Below the pieces are notes generated by a model. That model worked only from the letters and a program-made list of their open reading frames with translations. It had not been told where the DNA came from and did no database searches. Source: an uncultured Caldilineaceae bacterium (GTDB lineage Bacteria > Chloroflexota > Anaerolineae > Caldilineales > Caldilineaceae). From it: a DNA stretch of 64,000 nucleotides. Shown piece after piece: positions 17,646-26,315 of this stretch (position 1 is its first letter; every line of letters begins with the position of its first letter). Location: positions 42,652 to 106,651 of the forward strand of contig CAYXRG010000001.1 of NCBI GenBank assembly GCA_964467575.1. The letters are read 5' to 3'. Position numbers and translations under genes: made by a program.

Positions 17646-19034
17646 ATGGCAGCCGGTCAAATCGCTCGTACAACTTCCGCTCGAATCCCCACCGATGCAG
17701 GCGATTTCCGGCTCTTCCACTACGTCGGAACTGACCGTAAGGAACACCTCGCCCTCGTCATGGGCGAGGTGTTCGGCGCCGAAAACGTGTTGGCGCGCGT
17801 CCACTCAGAGTGCTTCACCGGCGACGTGCTTGGCTCGCTGCGCTGCGACTGCGGCGAACAACTCCACGCGGCCATGCACCGTATTGCCGCCGAAGGTCGA
17901 GGCGTAATCATATATCTCCGTCAAGAAGGCCGCGGCATCGGTTTGGCGCAAAAGTTGCGCGCCTACAACCTCCAAGACGAAGGTTATGACACGGTTGACG
18001 CGAATCTCTTGCTGGGCCACCAAGCCGACGAGCGGGAGTATTCGGCGGCTGCGGCCATCTTCGGCGATCTGGACGTGCGCTCGATCCGCCTCATGACCAA
18101 CAATCCCTCCAAGCTGGCGCACCTTTCTGAACTGGGCATCCGAATATCGGAGCGCGTACCGCTTCAACCCAGCGTCACAGCCGAAAACGCTGCATATCTG
18201 CGCACCAAGGTGCAGCGCATGCAACACCTCCTCAACTTGCCGCCGGCAATTAACGGGGCCGCGCCGGAATTCGCACTTTCCGAATCTCGCCTGCAGCAGT
18301 TGCTCGAGAGGCTCCTAGCACGCGCCGAAGCGCACTACGCTGCGCACCGTGTCCCCTTTGTGACGCTCAGCTATGCCCAATCGCTCGACGGGAGCATCGC
18401 CGCCGCCGACAGGTCGCCTCTTCGACTGAGCGGCCCCGCGGCCATGCGGCTGACGCACGCCCTGCGTGCCATGCATGACGCGATCCTGGTCGGCGTCGGC
18501 ACAGTTCTTGCCGACGATCCGCGCCTAACCGTACGGCTGGTGGAAGGCGCCCAGCCCCGACCCGTGATTCTGGACAGCCGTCTGCGCATCCCCCGCGATG
18601 CGCGCGTGTTTCAACACCCACAACGCCCGTGGATTGCCGCCGTTCAGTCGGAGCACGTGGCGATCGCCCAGACGCGCATGCCTCGCGCGGATATTCTCTC
18701 TATTCCACAAGACAAGCATGGGCAGGTGGATCTCGAGCGCCTGCTCATTGAACTCGGCAGGCGCGGCATCCGCCACGTTATGGTGGAGGGCGGCGCACAG
18801 GTGCTCAGTAATCTGTTGCGTCTAGGCCTCGCGAACTATGCGGTCATCACCCTGGCCCCTCGCTTCTTAGGCGGCTACCACGTATTTTCTCAACCAGACG
18901 GCAGGCCGGCCTCAACACCCGCCCTGCTCGACGTCGAGCATACTAGCGCCGGCAGTGAGGTAATTCTCTGGGGCGATGTCGCCGCGCCGCAGCCGGCCGC
19001 CGTCGCGGCGACGACAACTGCGGCTGCGGAGTAG
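17646..19034 (+). CDS. fusion protein: GTP cyclohydrolase II (RibA) plus RibD C-terminal-type pyrimidine reductase domain
   Basis: The N-terminal half has RVHSECFTGDVLGSLRCDCGEQL, YLRQEGRGIGL and RAYNLQDEGYDTVDAN (GCH II). The C-terminal half has VTLSYAQSLDGSIAA...HDAILVGVGTVLADDPRLTVR...VMVEGGAQV (RibD_C reductase). No cytidine-deaminase-type domain is present. Confidence 0.85.
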   Translation: MAAGQIARTTSARIPTDAGDFRLFHYVGTDRKEHLALVMGEVFGAENVLARVHSECFTGDVLGSLRCDCGEQLHAAMHRIAAEGRGVIIYLRQEGRGIGLAQKLRAYNLQDEGYDTVDANLLLGHQADEREYSAAAAIFGDLDVRSIRLMTNNPSKLAHLSELGIRISERVPLQPSVTAENAAYLRTKVQRMQHLLNLPPAINGAAPEFALSESRLQQLLERLLARAEAHYAAHRVPFVTLSYAQSLDGSIAAADRSPLRLSGPAAMRLTHALRAMHDAILVGVGTVLADDPRLTVRLVEGAQPRPVILDSRLRIPRDARVFQHPQRPWIAAVQSEHVAIAQTRMPRADILSIPQDKHGQVDLERLLIELGRRGIRHVMVEGGAQVLSNLLRLGLANYAVITLAPRFLGGYHVFSQPDGRPASTPALLDVEHTSAGSEVILWGDVAAPQPAAVAATTTAAAE

Positions 19035-19038
19035 GTAG

Positions 19039-20049
19039 ATGGCGGAACTGCCGGTACAGGCTGTAGTCTTCACGGCGCCCTATACGGTCGAAGTGCGTAA
19101 TCTACCCATCGACGCACCTGCGCACGATCGCCTGCTTGTGAACACGCGTGTCTCGGCCATCAGCGCCGGAACCGAGTTGCTCTTCTACCGCAATCAAGTC
19201 CCCCCCGACATGCCGGTAGACAGCGCCATCGCCGCGCTCACCGGTCATGCCCGCTATCCGCTCCACTACGGTTACGCCTGCATTGGAGAAATCGCAGCCG
19301 TCGGGCCGGAGGGCGATACGGGCATGGTCGGGCGTTCCGTCTTCGCATTTCATCCACACGCAAGCCGCTTCACGGTCGCCCCTGCCGATGTGGTCGAACT
19401 GCCGCCGGAGATGGACGCCGAGCAGGCCTCCTTCCTGCCCAACATGGAGACGGCCGTCTCTCTGCTTATGGACGCCGCACCGTTGATCGGCGAGCGCGTG
19501 CTCGTCTTCGGCCAGGGCGTTGTCGGCCTGCTGGTCACATTCCTTCTCGCCCAAATGCCACTCAGCAGCGTTGTCACCGTGGAGCCTCTTGCCGGGCGCA
19601 GACGACTTTCACTGGCATTGGGCGCGTCCCTGTCGGTTCAGCCTGATGCTCTCGTCGGTCTGGAGATGGACTCGCCTGACCTTATCCTGGAACTCAGCGG
19701 AAATCCGCACGCGCTGGACCAGGCGGTTCAGGCCGCCGGGTATGCCACGCGCATAGTCGTCGGCTCTTGGTACGGCACAAAACCCGTAGAGTTAACCCTG
19801 GGCGGACGCTTCCACCGCAACCGCAATGCCCTGATCTCAAGCCAAGTCAGCACGATACCGCCTGCGCTGACGGGACGGTGGACAAAGCGCAGACGCCTGT
19901 TCTCTGCGTTGCGCAGCCTCCAAATGCTGCCCTATAAAGAACTGATCTCGCACCGCATTCCGGTGCACCACGCGTCCGAAGCCTATCGACTGCTTGACCA
20001 GAATCCCGATCAAGCCCTACAGGTATTGCTCACATATCGAAATATGTAA
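19039..20049 (+). CDS. medium-chain dehydrogenase/reductase superfamily protein lacking the catalytic Zn ligands
   Basis: GroES-like N-domain followed by a FGQGVVG Rossmann motif. The usual CGxCxSD and GHE positions read SAISAGTELL and YGYACIGE, so no Zn site is predicted. Confidence 0.75.
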   Translation: MAELPVQAVVFTAPYTVEVRNLPIDAPAHDRLLVNTRVSAISAGTELLFYRNQVPPDMPVDSAIAALTGHARYPLHYGYACIGEIAAVGPEGDTGMVGRSVFAFHPHASRFTVAPADVVELPPEMDAEQASFLPNMETAVSLLMDAAPLIGERVLVFGQGVVGLLVTFLLAQMPLSSVVTVEPLAGRRRLSLALGASLSVQPDALVGLEMDSPDLILELSGNPHALDQAVQAAGYATRIVVGSWYGTKPVELTLGGRFHRNRNALISSQVSTIPPALTGRWTKRRRLFSALRSLQMLPYKELISHRIPVHHASEAYRLLDQNPDQALQVLLTYRNM

Positions 20050-20092
20050 CGCCGCGCGGCAATGAGCCGCCGACGATCACACAGAGGCATCC

Positions 20093-20479
20093 ATGTACAC
20101 ACTAGCAGTGAAGCGAGATTTCGTAGCTCAGCATTACCTGATCGGCGGAGACTGGGGTGCTGAAAATGACTGGCATTCCCATCATTACGCGCTAGAACTC
20201 CAGCTAACCGGCTCAGAACTGGATCGCCACGGCTACCTGGTTGATATCGTGGCCGTCGAGCGAGAATTGAATGAGATTGTGTCCCGTTACCGCGACAAGA
20301 CGCTCAACGACCTCCCCGAGTTCGATGGTCTCAACCCTAGCATCGAACACTTCACGCGCATCGTCTGCGAAGCCTTAGCCCAGCAGCTCAGTTTTCTCAA
20401 TCTCGACTCAATTTGCATCAAGATCTGGGAGAACGACATCGCCTGGGCAAGCTATCGGCTGGCGCTCCCTCGGCGTTAA
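20093..20479 (+). CDS. PTPS/QueD-fold (6-pyruvoyl-tetrahydropterin synthase family) protein, atypical active site
   Basis: 128 aa. The pattern DFVAQHY...WHSHHYALELQL...LNDL...NPSIEH follows the QueD/PTPS pattern (three His plus Glu). The catalytic Cys and the DHH segment are not conserved. Confidence 0.8.
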   Translation: MYTLAVKRDFVAQHYLIGGDWGAENDWHSHHYALELQLTGSELDRHGYLVDIVAVERELNEIVSRYRDKTLNDLPEFDGLNPSIEHFTRIVCEALAQQLSFLNLDSICIKIWENDIAWASYRLALPRR

Positions 20480-20489
20480 GTTTCTGCGG

Positions 20490-21596
20490 ATGGCCTTACG
20501 CATCGCCCTCATCATCTACGGCGACCTGTCTACAACGTCCGGCGGTTTTCTCTATGACCGGATGCTCGTGCAGCGCCTGCGCTCGGCTGGCGCACAGGTG
20601 GAGATCATCGCCCTCCCCTGGCGCAGTTATGTGCGCCATTTATTCGACAACTTCTCGCAGAGTTTACTTGAGTGTCTCGCTGCCCGCGGGCGATACGATA
20701 TCGTCCTGCAAGATGAGCTAAATCACCCGTCGCTATTCCTGCTGAACTGGAGACTGCGAAGGCAACAGGGCCGTCCGCCGCTTGTCTCTATCGTTCACCA
20801 TCTGCGCAGCGACGAGCAGCATCCGCCATACTTGCGGGCCGTATATCGCACCGTGGAGGGCATCTACCTGCGCTCCGTCGACGGCTTCATCTGTAACAGT
20901 GAGTCCACCAGAGCCAGAGTTCGTGCACATCGCAACGGGCATCTCGACGGCGTCACCGCCTACCCGGCAGCCAACCATATAGGGCCGCCCGCCGCTGAGC
21001 GGGTTCACGCCCTCATCGCAGAGCGTTGCCGGCATAGCAGCCCGTTACAGGTTCTCTTTGTCGGTAACGTCATCCCGCGTAAAGGCTTGCATACGCTTCT
21101 TGTCGCCCTCGGCGCACACATGCGCGCCGAGTTCCGCCTGCATGTCGCGGGCAGCCTCGAGACCGATCCTGCATATGCAGCCCAGATAGCACACGCTGTA
21201 CGCCGGCTAGGTCTTGAGCAACGGACCGCGCTCTATGACAGCGTCTCCATCGAGCAACTGCGCGATCTCTATCGCACCTGCGACATACTCGCCGTGCCGT
21301 CATATGAGGGGTTTGGCATCGTCTACCTAGAGGCAATGAGTTTCGGCATGCCCGTCATCGCCGCCACAACCGGGGCCGCCCACGAGATCGTCACCGACCG
21401 TATCGACGGCTTCCTCGTGCCGCCCGGCGACGCCAAGGCGATTGGCGACGCCATTTCGGCGTTGGCAGCAGACAGGACCCTGCTGGCCCGCATGGGCGAA
21501 GCAGCACGCAAACGCTACGATCGCCATCCCACTTGGCATGAAACCTTCTCCCAGACACAAGCCTGGCTGTGGCAGTTCGCCAGGCAGGCGCATTGA
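20490..21596 (+). CDS. GT4-family (GT-B, group 1) glycosyltransferase
   Basis: The N-terminus has a TTSGG donor-fold start. The C-terminus has EGFGIVYLEAMSFGMPVIAATTGAAHEIV (E-x7-E region). Confidence 0.85.
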   Translation: MALRIALIIYGDLSTTSGGFLYDRMLVQRLRSAGAQVEIIALPWRSYVRHLFDNFSQSLLECLAARGRYDIVLQDELNHPSLFLLNWRLRRQQGRPPLVSIVHHLRSDEQHPPYLRAVYRTVEGIYLRSVDGFICNSESTRARVRAHRNGHLDGVTAYPAANHIGPPAAERVHALIAERCRHSSPLQVLFVGNVIPRKGLHTLLVALGAHMRAEFRLHVAGSLETDPAYAAQIAHAVRRLGLEQRTALYDSVSIEQLRDLYRTCDILAVPSYEGFGIVYLEAMSFGMPVIAATTGAAHEIVTDRIDGFLVPPGDAKAIGDAISALAADRTLLARMGEAARKRYDRHPTWHETFSQTQAWLWQFARQAH

Positions 21597-21597
21597 A

Positions 21598-22566
21598 ATG
21601 GTATCCGATCAACCGCAAACTTTTACGCGCTATCTGGCGTCGAAGCGTACAGTAGACGACCGCGCCCTGAATGCCCACGTCTGGCAACGCTTCGCCCACA
21701 CGGTTCGCCGCTTCAATGACGATCGATCCGCGCCTGTGCGGATGCTGGAATTGGGCGCGGGCATTGGTACTATGATCGAGCGGCTCCTTGCCGCCGGTCT
21801 GCTGCACAATGCCGAGTACATTGCCATTGACGCCTCTGCAGAGAACATCGAACTCGCAGCTGAGCGTCTCAGACAGCAGGCAGCCGCAGACGGACGCAGC
21901 GCAGCCGTCGCGCCGCATGCGCCGGGTACGGGTCCAGCCTATGCGATCGAGTTAGCTCCGGACAGGGCGTCTACGGTCCGTCTAATGACCGCCGATGCGT
22001 TCGACTACCTGGCGGGCAAGGCTGCGGCCGTCGACGTCCTGCTCGCCCACGCGTTCCTCGACCTGGTGAACCTGCCGCGCATCCTAGAGGCCATCCGCCC
22101 CGCGCTCGCCCCAGACGCTCTGCTATACTTCACGATCAATTTCGACGGAGCGACCATTCTTGAACCCACGATCGATCCGGCCCTGGATGAACTGATCGAG
22201 CGGCTTTACCACGCGACAATGGATAGCCGCCTGGTCGACGGCCGCAACTCCGGCGACAGCCGTACAGGCCGCCATCTCTACCACTCCCTGCTCAATGCCG
22301 GCTATGAAGTGCTTGCCGCGGGCGCGTCCGATTGGGTGGTCGGCCCCATGCCTGACGGTTACCCAGACGACGAAGCCTTTTTCTTGCATTTCATTGTCGA
22401 CACCATCGCCGGCGCACTAGAGGACAACCCGGCTCTTGACCGAGCCGTATTCGCGCAATGGATAACTGAGCGTCATCGCCAGATCGACCAACATCGTTTG
22501 GTCTTCATTGCGCACCAACTTGACTACCTGGCTCGGCCGCGAGCGCAGCGAGGCGCGCCGGCCTAA
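21598..22566 (+). CDS. class I SAM-dependent methyltransferase
   Basis: ATG at 21598, one nt after the GT4 stop. Motif I is MLELGAGIGTMIERLL. The ORF-track start at 21442 overlaps the GT4 gene and is rejected. Confidence 0.8.
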   Translation: MVSDQPQTFTRYLASKRTVDDRALNAHVWQRFAHTVRRFNDDRSAPVRMLELGAGIGTMIERLLAAGLLHNAEYIAIDASAENIELAAERLRQQAAADGRSAAVAPHAPGTGPAYAIELAPDRASTVRLMTADAFDYLAGKAAAVDVLLAHAFLDLVNLPRILEAIRPALAPDALLYFTINFDGATILEPTIDPALDELIERLYHATMDSRLVDGRNSGDSRTGRHLYHSLLNAGYEVLAAGASDWVVGPMPDGYPDDEAFFLHFIVDTIAGALEDNPALDRAVFAQWITERHRQIDQHRLVFIAHQLDYLARPRAQRGAPA

Positions 22567-22581
22567 GGCGGGACGAAAACA

Positions 22582-22612
22582 ACAGGCCGCCCACATACAA
22601 GCGGCGGCCTGT
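22582..22612. terminator. 10-bp GC-rich hairpin between convergent genes
   Basis: ACAGGCCGCC (22582-22591) pairs with GGCGGCCTGT (22603-22612) across an 11-nt loop. It lies between the methyltransferase stop (22566) and the hydrolase stop (22667). Confidence 0.45.
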
Positions 22613-22666
22613 CCGTATCGATGGATTTCGCTAGACGAATCAGCTTGCGCAGCCGCGCCTCGGCGT

Positions 22667-23482
22667 CTACGCCTCCGGGTATACGTCGCCTAAGAACTCC
22701 CGTACCGCTTCCACGTAAGCCGCGAAGCGGTCACGCCGGATGTTGTGTCCGGCCCCCGCGATATGCGCTAAACGGAAGCGCGGATTCATATCAACGATGC
22801 GCGCGGCCATCTCCGCAGTCACAATGCCGCCCAACGCCGGCTCGCCGGTGATCACCAGCGCAGGGCACTGGACGCTCTGTAAATAGTCCGTCCATGTTGC
22901 ATCTTCAGCCGTAATGTACCTCACCACGTTCGGGCTGACCTGGCGTTTAGCGTCCGCCCAGGGAGCGAAGACGGCAGCCGGCCATTGAGGGTTCTCGGCA
23001 CGCCCCTCCGCTACCAGTTCCTCGATGCTCTTCGCGTGCCGCTGACGGATGCGCTCCGACCACTCAGCCGCAGCAGCGGGGTCCGCCACAGACTTGCCCA
23101 AGTCGCGGATGGGCGGATCTTCCAGCAGGATGCAGCCGACCGCGTGCGGATAGCGCGCCGCCAATACAATCGACGAGCCGGCGCCCATCGAATGGCCGAG
23201 AACCGCCGGCCTCTCCAGACCCAACGCCGCGATCAAGCCGGCCAAGTCGGCGGCGTGCTCTTCGCGCCCATAGCCTTCATCCGGCTTCTCCGATTTACCG
23301 TGTCCCCTGGCATCGACCGCTATCAGATCGTAATCGGGCGCAAGTTCTGCGGACAGCAGCGGCCAGCACATGCCGCTGTCAGTGATGCCGTGGGCCAACA
23401 CCAGCGGCGGCTTATCTCCGCCCGACCGGTAATAATGCAGCCGTATGCCGTTGGTTAGTACATCGCCCTCTTGCCAGTTCAC
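22667..23482 (-). CDS. alpha/beta-fold hydrolase
   Basis: GHSMGAG nucleophile elbow and an HG oxyanion segment (VLAHGITDSG). Length is 271 aa. Confidence 0.85.
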   Translation of the reverse strand: MNWQEGDVLTNGIRLHYYRSGGDKPPLVLAHGITDSGMCWPLLSAELAPDYDLIAVDARGHGKSEKPDEGYGREEHAADLAGLIAALGLERPAVLGHSMGAGSSIVLAARYPHAVGCILLEDPPIRDLGKSVADPAAAAEWSERIRQRHAKSIEELVAEGRAENPQWPAAVFAPWADAKRQVSPNVVRYITAEDATWTDYLQSVQCPALVITGEPALGGIVTAEMAARIVDMNPRFRLAHIAGAGHNIRRDRFAAYVEAVREFLGDVYPEA

Positions 23483-23511
23483 AATCAGTCCTCCATTGTT
23501 GTTGGGTTCAA

Positions 23512-24918
23512 TCAGTCGTCAGCCGTGCCGGATTCTCCGGCGGCCAGACGGGGTTCCGATGCCAAGAGAGGCGCAGAAGCCGCTTTATCTTCCACAGGCG
23601 CCGCATCAGTCAACGCGCCGAATCTGCGCAGTTCAGGCGACATGACAGACGCTGCCCAGACCACCAACAGCGTGCCGATCCCCCCGCTGACGACCGAAAA
23701 GACCGGCCCAAACCAGTGGGCGACAACGCCGGATTCCAGCCCGCCTAGTTCATTCGACGCGCCGACAAAAACGCTGCTGACAGCCGACACGCGGCCGCGC
23801 ATGTGGTCCGGTGTAAGAAGCTGTTGCAGCGTGCCGCGAATCACCATGCTCACGTTGTCAAACGCCCCGGTAAAGAAGAGCATAGCAAAAGAGAGCCAAA
23901 AAGACTGAGAAAAGCCGAAGATGATCGTGGCGACGCCGAACCCGGCAACGTTTAGCAGCAGCACACGGCCCGCATGTTTCATCGGCGGCATGTAGATCAA
24001 CAATAGCGCCATACAGAACGCGCCAACCGCCGGCGCGGCTCGCAGCCAGCCGAACCCGGTCGCACCCACCATCAATATGTCCTGGGCGAAGATCGGGAGC
24101 AGGTAGACCGCCCCGCCGAGCAACACGGCAAACAGGTCGAGCGTAATCATCGTCAGGATGATGCGCGTGTTCCATACGAACCGGATCCCGGCTACCAGCT
24201 CCGTAAAGGTTGCCGCGCCGACCGGTCGCTTGTTGACGCGCACCGGCACAATTGCCAGAAAGACGATGAAGATCAACGAACTCGTCGCGGCCAGCACATA
24301 GGCGAACGGTACGCTAAACGCAACGACCACGCCGCCTATCGCCGGCCCCAACACGCCCGATATCTGCGATAGACTCGTATTCCACGTCACGGCATTCGGA
24401 AACGCCTCTCTTGGCACGAGTTGCGGTATCAACGCAGATCGCGCCGGGCGCCCGATCATGACCGCCGACGCGTCTAGAAAAAGGATCAAGTACATTAAGT
24501 TGACGGATCCGGCGCGATACGACAGCACGGCAAGCGAGAGCGATGTCAACGTCATGGCCGCAAGGCTCAGAATATTGAGCTTGACACGGCTAAATCGGTC
24601 GGCAAGATAGCCGGCAGGGAGCGCCAGAAGCATTGTCGGCAGCGCCTGGGCCAATCCCACCAGCCCCAGCGACAACGCATCGCCCGTGCGCGAATACATT
24701 TCCCATCCAATGGCAACGCTCTGGATGCGAGTCCCGACCATCGCCAAAAACCACCCGATGACAAAAACCCGATAGGCCGGTATGCGAAAAGCGGCATAGG
24801 GATCGTGGCGCAGTTCTAAGCGCGATTTGATGTCTTTATCTTGAGGCAACGGCGACACTGCCAGTCTAGTGAAGGGATGCAATGAACGGGGAGCGTTTCG
24901 GCGAGCGCGTACACGCAT
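23512..24918 (-). CDS. MFS transporter (EntS/DUF894-like)
   Basis: About 12 hydrophobic segments and the GYLADRFSR loop motif between TM2 and TM3. The exact start is uncertain. Confidence 0.8.
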   Translation of the reverse strand: MRVRARRNAPRSLHPFTRLAVSPLPQDKDIKSRLELRHDPYAAFRIPAYRVFVIGWFLAMVGTRIQSVAIGWEMYSRTGDALSLGLVGLAQALPTMLLALPAGYLADRFSRVKLNILSLAAMTLTSLSLAVLSYRAGSVNLMYLILFLDASAVMIGRPARSALIPQLVPREAFPNAVTWNTSLSQISGVLGPAIGGVVVAFSVPFAYVLAATSSLIFIVFLAIVPVRVNKRPVGAATFTELVAGIRFVWNTRIILTMITLDLFAVLLGGAVYLLPIFAQDILMVGATGFGWLRAAPAVGAFCMALLLIYMPPMKHAGRVLLLNVAGFGVATIIFGFSQSFWLSFAMLFFTGAFDNVSMVIRGTLQQLLTPDHMRGRVSAVSSVFVGASNELGGLESGVVAHWFGPVFSVVSGGIGTLLVVWAASVMSPELRRFGALTDAAPVEDKAASAPLLASEPRLAAGESGTADD

Positions 24919-24948
24919 ATGCCCAGACGCTCAACCACGGCTACGGCG

Positions 24949-26199
24949 CTATTCCCGGCTGGGGAGCCGCCCTAACAACTCCAACGCCTTAAGCAACTGG
25001 GCGTCCTCGCTTTCCAGGAGGTCCTGAACCGACATACTCTCCAGTTCCAACGGCGTCAGGAGATCTGCTTCGATGGGCAGAATGACCTCAACATCCGGCC
25101 CAATGCCCTGCTTGCGAATCAGCCGGCCCTTCGGCGTCAACCACTGCTTCGTGCCCAACAAGAGGGCCGACCCGTCGCGCAGGGAATATGGTTGAAGCAC
25201 GGTGCCCGTGCCGAACGTTGTCTCGCCCACCACATGCCCGCGCTCATGATCCTCGATAGCGCCGGCAAAAATCTCGGCCGAACTGGCAGAACCGGCGTTG
25301 ATCAGCACGACAAGCGGCAGGTCGGTCGCCGCTCCGCCGCGCTCAACCGGATACGCCTTGCGTGCGCCGGATGCGTCCTCCTCCAGCAGCACATCGCCGT
25401 CCGATAAGAACTGGCTGGTAACGCCTATAGCCTGCTCCAGCAGTCCGCCAGGGTTATTGCGCACGTCGACGATCAGCGCCTCGGCTTCTGCTGCCCTGGC
25501 GCCTTCTATGGACTCCTTCACGTCGTCGAGCGCGTTAGCGCTGAATTGGCTCAGGCGAATCAATGCCACTTCCGTACCGGGGATCATCGCCCAGCTTGCC
25601 GCCGGAATCTTGATCTCGCCGCGCGTGATCGAGACCTCTAGGCTGCGATTTTCGTCCGGACGTAGTAGCGACAGAACGACGACCGTTCCCTCGGGGCCGC
25701 GAATTCTGGCGACAATGTCGTTGAGCGGCATAGTGGTGACGTCTTCGCCGTCCACCTTCATGATAATGTCGCCCGCCTTGATCCCAGCCTCATAGGCCGG
25801 CGACCCGTCGAAAGGCGCGATAATGACGGGCAGAGCGTCGCGCACGCCGAGTTGCGCGCCGATCCCCGTGAAAGTTCCGGCTAGGTCTGAGCGCTGCCGC
25901 TCGATCTCTTCGGGCGTTAAGAAGGCCGTATGGCCGTCGTCACCCAAGGCCTCGACCATCCCGCGTATCGCGCCATAGGTAAGGATCGTCGGCTCCAACG
26001 CGGCGCGGTCCACGAAATTCTTGTGAACAATGTCCCATGCCTGCCAGAACACGGCGAATTCGTCCGGCTCCTGCGCAGACGCTGCCCCCCAGAAGGGCAA
26101 CAGCCCGCTACCGCCGATGACTACGCCGACGCCTAGCGACGCCGATGCAACCATCATGAGGACGATCAGAGCGATCGCAATCTTCCAAATACGGTCCAT
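24949..26199 (-). CDS. S41-family C-terminal processing peptidase with PDZ domain
   Basis: N-terminal TM anchor, a PDZ segment (GDIIMKVDGEDV), the catalytic region NAGSASSAEIFAGA, and a downstream TFGKG-like motif TFGTGTV. Confidence 0.85.
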   Translation of the reverse strand: MDRIWKIAIALIVLMMVASASLGVGVVIGGSGLLPFWGAASAQEPDEFAVFWQAWDIVHKNFVDRAALEPTILTYGAIRGMVEALGDDGHTAFLTPEEIERQRSDLAGTFTGIGAQLGVRDALPVIIAPFDGSPAYEAGIKAGDIIMKVDGEDVTTMPLNDIVARIRGPEGTVVVLSLLRPDENRSLEVSITRGEIKIPAASWAMIPGTEVALIRLSQFSANALDDVKESIEGARAAEAEALIVDVRNNPGGLLEQAIGVTSQFLSDGDVLLEEDASGARKAYPVERGGAATDLPLVVLINAGSASSAEIFAGAIEDHERGHVVGETTFGTGTVLQPYSLRDGSALLLGTKQWLTPKGRLIRKQGIGPDVEVILPIEADLLTPLELESMSVQDLLESEDAQLLKALELLGRLPSRE

Positions 26200-26315
26200 C
26201 TGTTTACAGAGCCCTCGGACTCACCCCATACCTGCACGCGCTCCTCTGTCGAGTATAGTGCAACCCGTCCCTAATGCCAACCATATCGCAGGGCGAATGG
26301 TCGGAATCTGGGCGT

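Noticed and set aside
21442-21597. N-terminal extensions offered by the ORF track: methyltransferase from 21442, 28716-28910, 9118-9168, 12617-12652, 34877-35017, 35232-35315, 36164-36208, 37822-37956, 47229-47345, 53043-53087, 57208-57246, 59342-59404 and 61686-61793.
   Set aside because: Each extension overlaps the preceding gene or AT-rich spacer, lacks an RBS, and gives a non-native-looking peptide. Internal ATGs with Shine-Dalgarno sequences or ATGA coupling fit the family N-termini better.
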